Shown: in pieces, positions 1 through 11,150 of the stretch
How positions within the stretch are numbered: the stretch's first letter is position 1
Layout of the letters: each line of letters starts with the position of its first letter
From: Phyllobates terribilis
Lineage: Eukaryota
Reading direction: 5' to 3'
Assembly: GCF_046119375.1 (NCBI RefSeq)
Contig: NW_027362770.1
Location: forward strand, 182,280,001 to 182,344,000
DNA: 64,000 nt
Made by a program: the position numbers and the translations under genes
Notes under the pieces: generated by a model
The model's database searches: none
Told to the model about the DNA's origin: nothing
What the model saw: the letters and a program-made list of their open reading frames with translations, nothing else

Positions 1-1248
1 TTTTTTTTCTTTCCACGTTCACTGGATGCTAAAACTGACCTGTCATTATTATTCTCCATGTCATTACGAGTCCGTAGACACCAAACATGTATAGGTTCTT
101 TTTTATTTAAATGGTGAAAAAAAAATCCAAAGTTTGCTAAAAAAAAAATGGCACCATTTTCCGAGACCCGTAGCGTCTCCATTTTTCGGGATCTGGGGCC
201 GGGTGAGGGCTTATTTTTTGCGCGCCATGCTGACGTTTTTATTAATACCATTTTGGGGTAGATACGATGTTTTGATCGTCCGTTATTGCATTTTATTGCA
301 ATTTTGCGGTGAACAAAAAAACGTAATTCTGGTGTTTGGAATTTTTTTCTCGTTACGTCGTTTACCGATCGGATTAATTCTTTTTTTATATTGATAGATC
401 AGGCGATTCTGAGCGCGCCGATACCAAATATGTGTATGTGGGGTTTATTTTTTATTATTTTATTTTGAATGGAGCAAAAGGGGGGTGATTTAAACTTTTA
501 TATTCTTTTTACATTTTTTAAAAACATTTTTTTTTTCAACTTTTTGCATGCTTCAATAGTCTCCATAGGAGACTAGAAGCAGCAATTACCTGATCGCCTC
601 TGCTACATAGAGGCGATGAGCAGATCACCTCTATTTAGCAGAAATGCTCCTGTGCTATGAGCGCCAACCACTAGGTGGTGCTCATAGTAATCTTTACATG
701 ACAACCACTGGAGTCTGCTGCAGACCCAGAGTTGTCATGACCACCTATCGGTGACCCGCGATCATGTGACGGGGTCACCGATGGGCGGGGCTAATGCCGC
801 GCTTCCGGCGCAGCGATGTTAGATGCCGCTGTCAGAGATTGACAGCGGCATTTAACATTTTAACCCTAGAACGCATACCTGAGGCCTCGCAGGCCCGCCC
901 TGTTAATTGTTTTCTATTTTCTGCAAGATTTCTTTAGTTCGAATTTTGAAACTCTAGGTATTCCTCAGGTATATAGTTGTTTGTCATTTCCAGTTGGTCA
1001 TTTATTTATTATTTGCACACGGGCCTAAAAGGCCCCAGGTATGTGAAAGTGTAGATTTTTATGGTCATGCGTTCTAGGGTTAACAGCTGCGGGTGGATCG
1101 CGATTCCACCTGCGGCTGTTGCGGGCACATGTCAGCTGTAATAATCAGCTGACATGTGTCTGGTTCAGTGCAGGCTCACCGCCGGAGCCGTCACTGAATC
1201 GGGGGTGATGGCCTGGGGCGTACTAATACGCCCTGGGCCAGTAAGGGG
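1..1248. mobile_element. Non-autonomous TTAA-type (piggyBac/T2-like) DNA transposon, left end outside window
   Basis: Ends in ...GGCCAGTAAGGGG followed by TTAA (1249-1252); non-coding AT-rich interior; absent from the inverted duplicate of the adjacent region near 32350. Confidence 0.55.
864..1079. mobile_element. piggyBac-type MITE nested in the older TTAA element
   Basis: 13-bp TIRs CCCTAGAACGCAT (864-876) and ATGCGTTCTAGGG (1067-1079), flanked by TTAA at 860-863 and 1080-1083. Confidence 0.85.
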
Positions 1249-1380
1249 TTAAATATATACATTTTTGTGTTTTGCATTATCTTCACCTTCAAACCAACAA
1301 TGTAATGATATTTGTTCCAGATGTGACTGAGGGTTAATAATGATCTCCCGATATAAAATTCTTATTTGCTATTTGTATAT

Positions 1381-1680
1381 AAAGTCTGTGTCACGCTGTG
1401 TTGTCCAGGCTGCTCTACACTGGCTATTCACAGGCGCGGTCCCACTACTGATCGGCACGGGGGTTTTGACCTGCTCCGTTTCCGACCTGGGCCGGTTCAC
1501 CCCTCATTAGGGCAACCTGGTAGCTCCGAGCTCCCCCAGAGTCACCATATTGATGCTGAACTTAGTGCGGACACCTGATCGACATAGCACAGGGCAGCGC
1601 AGAACTCCTGGACTCAAGCGATCCACCAGCCTCAGCCTCCCAAGTAGCTGGGATTACAGGCGCGCGCCACCGCACCCGGC
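1381..1680 (-). ncRNA. RN7SL: 7SL / SRP RNA gene, copy 1
   Basis: 300 nt starting GCCGGGTGCGGTGGCGCGCGCCTGTAATCCCAGCTAC; Alu domain plus full S domain with helix 8 motif CCAGGTCGGAAACGGAGCAGG; ends ACACAGACTTT. Confidence 0.95.
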
Positions 1681-1695
1681 AATGCTGAGTGCTGC

Positions 1696-1760
1696 TATTA
1701 ATGACTAGAGGCTGCAGGAGCGGTGACGTCACCGGGAACCACAGCGCCATCTAGTGTCTG
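1696..1760 (-). promoter_or_regulatory. 7SL upstream promoter: AT-rich box, CRE/ATF site, CTCF-like motif
   Basis: ATTAATA at 1696-1702; TGACGTCA at 1724-1731 (-44 to -51); ACACTAGATGGCGCTG on minus strand at about 1742-1757. Confidence 0.7.
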
Positions 1761-3234
1761 CTGGATGAAACTGCTATACACTCAGTTATAGATGTGTCAG
1801 TGAACACCTGCAAGTATGTGTTAGAGGTGTTGGAGGCTTCTGACAAATCACAGACACAAATGTGATCAGAGCCTTATTTTTGCAGTTTGGTTCCGGTACC
1901 AGATCCATGTTCTAGGCTTGGTTATGTTACTGCTGTTTACAATTCACAGGTTACAAATCCGCAGCAAATCGGACACGTATTTACAATAGGATCTATGGAT
2001 CTCTGCTACTACTGTGCCGTGCGCCCTGTATACCCCAACTGAGCGCAGGACTCCTGGGGGCACAGTCCACATCATGACGGGGAGGTTTTTCCATTTTTGT
2101 AGCTTCATTTTAATTCCCTTCTTCTAAGAGAAATTAGCATATAAAGTGGATATAAAACGTAACTTTTTTTGGTATTTGCTGATGCCATTTTTTCTGACCA
2201 TTGTCAGTTTATGATCCCATACAGGGACACGGGCAATTTTCTCAGTTTTATGTGTTCTATGTATTTATTATGTGTACTGTCAATATTTTGTATTGAGGAT
2301 TGCCAGTTTTTATCTTTTGATAGTAAAAGTTAAGTTTTATATCCACCTTATATGCTAATTTGTCTTGACTTGTGGATTTGGCAAGGTAGGGATTTTGTAC
2401 ATATCCCCTCCCTTACTTCATTCTTGCTCTATTCCTTCTTCTAGGAGCCAAAACTGTGTAATTTTCCTATCACCATATCCGTGTGAGGACTTGTTTTTTG
2501 AGACACCAGCTGTAGTTGTAAGTGACACCATTAATTTTACCATATAATAAATGTACTGAAAAAGGGGGGGGGTGGATCCAAAGGGACGACCTACATTGTT
2601 ATTTGGGTTTTATTTTTTAAGGTGTTCGCTGTGCAGTAAAGATGATCTGGCAACATAATTCTACCGTTCCACAAGACTGTGGTAGTGATTGACCGAACTT
2701 CCAAGATATTTTTACATTTTAATAATTAAGAAAATTCAGAATTTTGTGAAAATGAAAATTCATTTTGTGTCGCTACTTTCTGAGACAGATCACATTTTTA
2801 TATTAATGAACCTGTGTGAGAGGTTTTTTGTGCACTGAGCTGCAGTTTTTATTGATATTTTGGTGAAATCCATGAGAAGTTATGATTGCCTTTAATTGTA
2901 TTTTTTTAGGACATGAAGAAACCAAATAACAGGAATTCTGCCATTTTATTTTTTTCCTTTTCGGCTTTTTTAATATTACAGTTACAGATGTGGCGATACA
3001 AAACATATGTAGAAAACATGCTGATAGGTTCACTGTGAAGGGGAATTTCTCAGACATTTATGACATGGATATGCACGGCCAGGAGCAGACATACCGCCGG
3101 TGCAGCGGAGATGGCGTGGGACCCTTTCTGGGCTGTAATAATGAGGGCAATCTGGCCTGTTACTCGGAGCCCGAGGCTCTGGAGATGGAGAGGTAAGTGT
3201 TTATTTTTTTCCCAGTACACAGAAAGAAGACAAT

Positions 3235-3455
3235 GTGGGGGAGAGAACACTCTGATGGATGTGGGGGAGAGCACACTCTGATGGGTGTGGGGGAGAGGAC
3301 ACTATAATGGATGTGGGGGAGAGGAAACTATGATGGATGTGGGGCAGAGGAAACTATGATGGATGTGGGGCAGAGGACTATGATGGATGTGGGGCAGAGG
3401 ACACTATGATGGAGTGGGCAGAGGACACTATGATGGATGTGGGGTAGAGGACATT
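3235..3455. repeat. 22-24 bp minisatellite (GGACACTATGATGGATGTGGGGCAGA-like)
   Basis: About nine imperfect tandem units; shorter inverted version at about 30265-30410. Confidence 0.85.
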
Positions 3456-4193
3456 ATTGTGACATGCAGAAGTAGTGCTGTTGCTTCAAAAGGATCCAAC
3501 AACTATTAGAAGTAACAAGCACAGGAGACAGGAAGTGTTGTGCTCCAAATGCATCCAGCAACTAGAGGGTTACACGTTAACACAGTCACAGGAGACAGGG
3601 AGTGTTTTAGCAAAGCCCCAGGGGGATTGTTGGGAAGTTGTTTACTGTCTGGCTGAAGCCGAAGAGAAAGTGGGTGTGTGATCTGTATCTCAAGGGAACT
3701 GAATTAAAGTCAGGAGGGAAGCTAAACACAGGTTAGATAAACTCCCTGAGCTAACAGTGTGGAGTATTATTGGGCAGGAAGATAAGGACTGGAAGGAATC
3801 ATGTCATAGGGATCTTCTCCCTCATCAAACCCTCCCCCCTTCATCTCCATGCAGGATAAAGAATGCTGTGTATTATTGAAGGAAAAGCCGGTGGTTGTGT
3901 ATGCATAGAAGTGCGCTGCGAAAAGATCTAATCTGTGCTGAATTATGCTACTGAAGAGACTGACATTACTGTGCCTGTTTTATTAAACATTATTATTATT
4001 ATTTATTTTTGTTTTATTATTGATTTTCCTTAAAAGACTTTGTAGAAAAAAATAACTGTTAAAGCCTAGTGAGAGACATCTGATTGAAGACGTGCGAAAA
4101 ACTCCAGCTGAAGAGATGCTGATTGTTTTAATTGTGTTTATTGTTTATTCCTTACAGGTGTCCTACAAGAAAAAGGTTGTATGAATAGGTTAT

Positions 4194-4485
4194 TAGTGAT
4201 GAGCGAGCACTAAAATGCTCGGGTACTCGTCGTTCGGGTCGAGCAAATTGGAATGCTTGAGTGCTAGGACCGAGTAACGAGACCAATGTAAGTCTATGGG
4301 AAACTAGCATTTTTCCGGCGGTCTGCAGAGGGCCTAAAAATTGCCCAAATCGATGGGAAGAGTGCTCAAATGACCTGGGATCAGCAGGGGGAAGACCCCT
4401 GGAAGCATTTCGGACACCCAGATCACTGCTGTCAACAATGTTGTCAGAGGTATTACGCCACTTTTACGGACTCACAATAAAACAT
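4194..4485 (+). mobile_element. hAT-like element terminus, truncated by the Penelope element
   Basis: Begins TAGTGATGAGCGAGC; the partner copy ending at 29517 continues into transposase remnants, whereas this copy stops at 4485. Confidence 0.65.
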
Positions 4486-4922
4486 ATACAGCAAAAAATG
4501 GCAGAATTAAAATATAACTTTTAATGGGATAATTAAAATCTAAAATAGTATCTAGATACACACAAACAAACAAATAGGGATGTTATTCACCCAGTGGGGT
4601 GGACTAGTTCAGAAAATACAACAGGAGATATATGTTCCTTAATTTACTACAATAATGTTTACTCCTTAATAGTAGAGAGAGACTATCATATGCAAACAGT
4701 GGAAATTCATAAGTAGAAAGAAAAGGAACAATCTCACCGGTCCTGCAGCACGAATTTCTCCACAGAATAGCACAGGGTTAATCCAGCGGTCATCCACCTC
4801 TGACCCTATAATGCCCTGTTCTCATATGCTGTCCCTAGGACCCCAAAGCTCCCGCCCTGACAAGGGCAGTCCACAGCTGACCCTAAAGATCTGATCAGCC
4901 CTACATGGACCCTACAGAACTT

Positions 4923-4963
4923 TCCCAACGCGTTTCCTCACCATCAAGTGATTCATCAGGGGA
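4923..4963 (-). ncRNA. Minimal type I hammerhead ribozyme in the 3' terminal repeat
   Basis: Minus strand TCCC-CTGATGA-A-TCAC(TTGATG)GTGA-G-GAAAC-GC-GTT-GGGA: core, stem II, palindromic ACGCGT stem III, stem I TCCC/GGGA. Confidence 0.75.
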
Positions 4964-5728
4964 GTAACAGAAAAATTATTATCAATGGTCTAGGGTATGG
5001 TAACCCTCCATGCAGGTATATAGAAAAGGCAGTGGCAAAATGGCCACAGGTTGATTGCCTTAAGTATGTTCAGGTACAATTAATCCAAATAATTCCCATG
5101 TGTGTACCTTGAGACACATCTGGTCTCATTGGATAACACCGTAAATAGCAGCGAACTTTAGCCAATTAAAGCTCGTATATGCAAATGCCCCCTGCAGGAG
5201 CTAAACCCACCCACACATACATGCCCCAGCGATCCACAAACGCCCCATAAAGGGCAGACAGCGATCCCCTACCCCCCAAGGCAGGATCCCCCCGAGGAGA
5301 CACATCTAAGACCCCCACATAGAAAAATCCATTATAAGACCCCCTGAAAACGAGACAATCTAACACTTCCCATGCAGTATGCTCCATTCCCACGCCGTGG
5401 AACGCTGTTTGCGCTCCACGTATGTCACTTCCGGTCATGTGATCCACACCGCGGCGTCACTTCCAGTTTCTTGGAATGCAAGCCTGCGCTCCACCGCCGT
5501 CATTTCCGGTTTCGTGGAACGCAAGCCTGCACTCCACCGCCCCATAGCCATCTCACAGACCCAAAATCAGTGGTCTCAGCAAGCATAGCACAATGACCGA
5601 CCACAAAGAGCATCCCCACTATGTCATAATGCCTGCACAATGCCCCTAAAGAGGGAATGTGCAAATGACAAAAAAAAAAGGGGGGGGGGGGGGAACGCCT
5701 CGTATACATAAGATCTATAAGACACACC

Positions 5729-5770
<42 letters not shown>

Positions 5771-6113
5771 CATAAGCTTAAAGCCACACAACCTCCAGTG
5801 GGAGGATAAAAATGCAAAGAGTGAGGATATGTACAGGGGTTTATAAACGATCTTGGATAGCATGAGATAAGAGGGCATAATCAGTACATTATAAACGAAT
5901 AAGTGGTGAAAAGGGGGGGAGGGGAAAAGGAAGAAGGGAACGGGAGGGGGACAAAAAAGCTCAACTCACAGGGAGAATATATAAGTAGATTTTCATATAG
6001 GGATTCAGAGCCATATCCCTGTTCACTCTATCTCATACACATATGAAAGAGAAAAGGTTTATTTATACATTGATGTCCAAGCAGGTTCAAAAGAAGGTTA
6101 TGTTATGTTTCTC

Positions 6114-9100
6114 TTATAGAAAAGGTGAGAACGATAGTTTTTCATTTAGCCCAGAGGGGGACATGGTGTCCAGAGCGAAAATCCAACGACATTCTCGTTG
6201 AGCTAAGATTTTCTTTCTGTCACCTCCCCTGATACCACATAATATTCTGCCTATTCCAATAAATTTAATTTCATCAGTATTGCACTTATGGTGTAACCTA
6301 AAGTGTTTTGGGATGGTTTTTAATACAGAGACATCCTCAGCCGTGCTCGCGGCTTTAATGTCTCTGATGTGCTCCCTCACTCGTATGTGGAACTGTCGGG
6401 ACGTGAGTCCTACATAATGGAGGTTGCAAGTACAAGTGGCACGATAAATAACATAACTCGTACTACAAGAGATGTAATGAGTGATCCGATAGTCCCTACC
6501 CCCATCAGAAGATGAAAAACAGGCAGCTCTAGTGATGCTTCTGCATGCCATGCAGGATCCACATGGAAAACAGCCCCATCTCTGCACACCAGCACCGAAC
6601 GGGTTCGGAGGATTTGCCACATAGTGGCTCCTTACTAAGATGTCTCTCAAATTCCGACTTTTCCTTGCGGTAAGTAATGGATGGTCAGGAAGGATTCTCC
6701 TCAAAGTAGGTTCTGTAGAGAGAATCGGCCAGTGTTTTTGTAATATTTGTCGCATTCTCGGCCATTGATTGTTGAAAGTTGAGATAAATCTCAAAGGGGG
6801 ATCTTTCTTGGAGTTTTTACTTTTATTCACCAATAACAAGTCTCGAGGTGTTTTTTTGGCACAATGGTATCCCTGTTTTACAGCTCTCATACTGTATCCG
6901 CGTTCAAAGAATCGGTTTGACAGGTCCCGAGCCTGAGCCTCAAAGATCTCCTCTGAGGAGCAGATACGCTTCACTCTAAGAAATTGACCTGTTGGTACTG
7001 AACGGATTGTATGTACAGTATGTGCCGATGTTGCATGGAGGAGGGAATTTACTGATGTTTCCTTCCGGTACACATCCGTCTGGAGCGCACCATTATTTTG
7101 CACTCTTGTTTTCACATCCAAGAAGTCAATCTCTTTCCTCGAGTGTTTGTGAGTGAGTTTGATGTTTCTTTTGTTCTTATTGAGTTCACAGATGAAGTCA
7201 TGAAGCCCAGGCTCCGACCCCTGCCAAATGATAAATAGATCGTCTATATATCTGTACCAGCACTGCGCATGGGAGGAGGCACCCGCGCCGTCAATGACAA
7301 CCTCCCTCTCCCAATATCCCAGAAAGAGGTTGGCATACGACGGCGCACACGCCGCCCCCATCGCAGTGCCTCGTCTCTGTAAGAAGAAGCGGTCTTTGAA
7401 TGTAAAAAAATTATGAGTTAAAATAAATTGTAGGAGTTCCAAAACAAGGTGCCATAGTGCAGAGTCTAGGTTACTCGTACTAAGGAAGAATTCTACTGCC
7501 TCCAATCCATCCGAATGATCAATGCTGGTGTACAGAGATTCGACATCCGCAGTAACCAGGGTCATATCTGAATCCAAGTACAGACCATCGATTTTTCTAA
7601 GGACGTCCGTAGTGTCCCTGACATAGGAGGGCAAGTTTTCGACCAAAGGATGTAAGTAGTGTTCAATAAATTTGCACACAGGGTCACAAAGCCCTCCTAT
7701 GCCAGAGACAATCGGACGTCCCAGGGGTTCGAGAGCATTCTCATGTACTTTGGGTAGTAAATAGAATGTAGGGACTACCGGACACTGTACCACCAACCCA
7801 TCAAATATTTTTTTGGGGATGATCCCCTGTGCAAATGCTCATTCCAGAATATCAATTAGAGTTTGAGAGAAGTCACTCAAGGGATTATGGGTAAGAGGGG
7901 TATATGCCTCACGGTCCCTCAGCTGTCTAAAGGCCTCCTTCTCGTACCTCCGAGCCGGCCAGACCACCACATTGCCCCCCTTATCTGCTGGTTTTATGAC
8001 CACATCCTTCATGCCCCTCAATTCCTTGAGGGCTTTATGTTGGACCCCCGTCAAATTATCATTTCTCCTCCAATTGGGAATCCTTTTAAAATCCTCATTA
8101 ACAAGTTTGTTAAATATTTCTATCTGGGGGCACAGGGAGAAGGGGGGTCGTGGTCGATCTAGGCAACACCGAGGACGGGAAGGCACCTGTAGCAGCAGGG
8201 ATACTCTCTTGTGCCAACTCCTCCAATGCCGCTAATGCTTCCTCCTCTTGTAAGGTATTCAGGTCCTGTCCACTCACCGGGCGAGTATGAAGTTTTCGTA
8301 AAGTTACTTTTCTTAGAAAGAGTTGTAAGTCTTTTATTGCTAAAAAAGAATCAAAGTTGTTATCAGGGACAAAAGTAAGACCTAAGCTAAGTACTTCCCG
8401 TTGTGCATCGGTTAATACGTGTTCAGAAAGGTTGATTACCTCTAAACTATTGCTTTGTTTGGGCTTCTTTTCCTTGGAATGGGGTGGTGTTAGTTTGCGT
8501 TTATTCTGGCTTTTGCCCTTATTAGATCCTTGCCTTCCCTGACCAATCCGCTCTTTATAAGTATTGCCAAACTGACCGCTTGTAGAGGGATCCTCATCCA
8601 TTGAGGATAAGGATGAGAAAGAGTGTGTCCGGGGTCTGGGGGTCGCATTGTTCGACCTCTGTTTGTTCCTCCATCTATAAACATGGTTCTCAGCGTAATC
8701 CAAGAGATCCCTTTGATATTTTTTAGACTTAGAATTCACAATCTCTTTTTCCCATATCACAAAGTCCCCCTCCTGATCTTTATTAACCTTCAACAATGCT
8801 TCAGAGTCAAGTTTTTCTGTCAAAGTCACCTGGATTGAGTTGATTTCACTTTCAATCATTTCCAGGGTGGTCATATTGGATTTGATTAATAATTCCATGT
8901 ACCCCCTGGAGCAGTTAGATAGGTTTTCCCACTCCTTCTTAAACCCCTCATCTTCAATTGTAAATGAAGGAAAAACCTGCACGCGAAGGCCTCGGGGAAT
9001 CAGTCCCTTAATATATCTCTCTAGGAAAGCTTTGTTCCACCATATCCATGTTTTCTTATTATAAAGTTGTTTTAACTTAGTAATCAAGTCCTCAGTCTCT

Positions 9101-9186
9101 CCAGTTTTTAAAACCACACATGATTCCTCACCAAATACCTCATCTAGTTTGGTAAGCCACGTTTTCTCACGTGCCTTATAGTCCAT
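6114..9186 (-). pseudogene. Penelope-like RT / GIY-YIG endonuclease ORF with one frameshift and one nonsense codon
   Basis: Motifs PIVSGIG, LVTADVESLYTSI, GTAMGAACAPSYANLF, YRYIDD, CFPCGSCMAC linker, VIY..TC..YVGLT..R.REH; frameshift near 8150-8170; in-frame TGA at 7839-7841; likely ATG at 9186 (MDYKARE). Confidence 0.9.
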
Positions 9187-10206
9187 GCGTTCAGGTTGAA
9201 TAGCTGTGAAAATACACAGTATAGTCAATATATGCATAATACCTACGCAACGGGTGATTAACTCACATGTTATCCCATACATGGGGAAAGAGGGGATTTT
9301 ACCACATCATAATGTATATAAACCTATAAGAGAAATGGTGCACCCCAAAAATGCAACTCAGTGCTAGAGAATGAATTAAAAGATATATATATATTTTTTT
9401 TTTGTCATTGGATTTTTGCTCTGGACACCATGTCCCCCTCTGGGCTAAATGAAAAACTATCGTTCTCACCTTTTCTATAAGAGCTAATCCGTGTTTTTGT
9501 CCCTCTCTCTCCAAATGGTTTTAAATTTGTATGTTGTTCTTTTAACTGATTTTTATATACTCTTTTCACATTCCATAGTTGGATACAAGATTATCTTTGA
9601 TGTCTCTATTTATATACCCTACCTATTGATGGACGTGACCCTCAACTCTATAAGCCATTATGGGATCCTGTGAGAAATGGAGCGCATATGGAGATAAACA
9701 CAGTCCTAGATTTGGGAACGCAGAAGAAATATAGGATTGTCTTCCTTGGGACCACATATGCCAACGCATATTGCATTTGAGTGATGTCCCATTTAATGAA
9801 ATTTACTTGTTCCCATACGGATTGTGACTGTCCCGTTTGTTGTCTCTCTATGCTCCTCTCTTGGTCCCCCGGTCCCAATACTCTCCACAACCCACTAATT
9901 GGACAATGATTTAAGATGAGAGAGTGGTGAGTTCTGCCCTTCATTTTTGCCCATAAGGAAAATGGCCACCTGGATGTGCGCACGTGCTGTGGGTCCCTGC
10001 AGCACCATCATCACCGAAGGCATCCATACGATGCGACGCGGGAAATGACATCACAGGAAACACTTTCCTGACCCGCGCCGTCATCGCGATGGCTGGAACT
10101 GACCTATGGACGCCGGGATTTCGCTCGCGTGCGCCATCACCAATGGCTGTTATGGACATTTTGATTGAGGATATAAATGGACATGAGACCTCATACATAC
10201 CACACC

Positions 10207-10247
10207 GCCCCCCGAGGAAGCCCACCACGCGAAACGCGCGTCGGGGC
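10207..10247 (+). ncRNA. Minimal type I hammerhead ribozyme (variant core) in the inverted terminal repeat
   Basis: GCCCC-CCGAGGA-AGC(CCACCAC)GC-GAAAC-GCGC-GTC-GGGGC; stem I GCCCC/GGGGC, GUC cleavage triplet; core CCGAGGA instead of CTGANGA. Confidence 0.6.
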
Positions 10248-10759
10248 GCGATCACAGCGGGATACATATGGGTAAGCCTGACTCATGTTAAGTGGCGAGC
10301 GCACATATATGTGTATACTGTTTACTAGGTTGCTATTTGAATTGTGCGCATGGCACTGGTACTGTCCTATGAGTCCATGCATGTTTGTGGCTTAAACCAG
10401 GAATACTGCCGTTTTGGCATCTATTAATACAAAGGACCCTTATGCACCCTTATATATAGAGCCCCTATGCCCCTCTGTGATCTTTCTTTCATGTATCTCT
10501 CACCTCATACCCATTGATCTTTCTTTTATATTTTTGTAGTGATTTTGGTTTTTAAATATACCTAAATAAAATATATATCTTTTAATTCTTTCTCTAGCAC
10601 TGAGTTGCATTTTTGGGGTGCACCATTTCTGTTATAGGTTTATATATGTTATTCTGTAATGTGTTTTATTGTCTGTACAAGTCCCCTCTAAAATGTAAAA
10701 TGCTGTGGAATATGTTGGCGCTATATAAATAAAAATTACTGTATTCATCCATGTAGTGC

Positions 10760-11150
10760 CATAAACCCCCATATAGTGCTGTATAAATCTATATGGTGCT
10801 TTATACCCACCATCTTGTCCTTTGTTCATTTATCTCAGCAACCGATCCTGCTGTGAAAAACAAGTGATTGGCTTCTCCATTAATAACAATGTGAGATTCA
10901 GACCAAGAAATAGATCAGTCTTTGAAAGTTCATTGATCAGGTTTCTCCACTGGTCTGGGGAGCAAAGGGTGTGTAACATCAGAGGAAGTGCAGATCTGAA
11001 CATTGAGAAACATGAAAATGCAGCTAAGCACTGAAAGAGTTAACAGCCCATCCTCCCCCATTACCAGGAGAACACTGGAGGCAGAGGGCACTAGGACCCA
11101 GTGCTCAGAGAATGGGTTCATTAAGTGAGAGGTGACCAGCAGGAGTCCTT
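10760..11150. repeat. Third copy of the H2B-H4 intergenic spacer
   Basis: Shares GCACTGAAAGAGTTAACAGCCCATC and GGCAGAGGGCACTAGGACCCAG blocks with 18770-19070 (direct) and 35990-36290 (inverted). Confidence 0.8.

Larger units (their letters stand above)
1262..4485. repeat. Inverted segmental duplication, partner 29225-32350 (contains 7SL)
   Basis: Continuous reverse-complement similarity covering 7SL, its promoter, a minisatellite and a hAT terminus; ends where the Penelope element begins. Confidence 0.9.
4486..10655 (-). mobile_element. Penelope-like retroelement (Neptune-type) with 3' terminal repeat and inverted 5' terminal repeat
   Basis: RT plus GIY-YIG ORF; 9311-9390 is an inverted repeat of 10570-10655; 9408-9483 is an inverted copy of the ORF end 6111-6186; hammerhead motifs in both terminal repeats. 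Confidence 0.92.

Noticed and set aside
1562-1750. Alu-like ORF (RVRWRAPVIPATWEAEAGGSLE) suggesting a primate Alu or contamination
   Set aside because: The sequence continues through the complete S domain without a poly-A tail; it is 7SL RNA and the ORF is incidental.
3458-4167. Possible solo LTR (TG...CA, about 710 bp)
   Set aside because: No matching target duplication in either duplicated copy, and no PBS or PPT seen; left unannotated.
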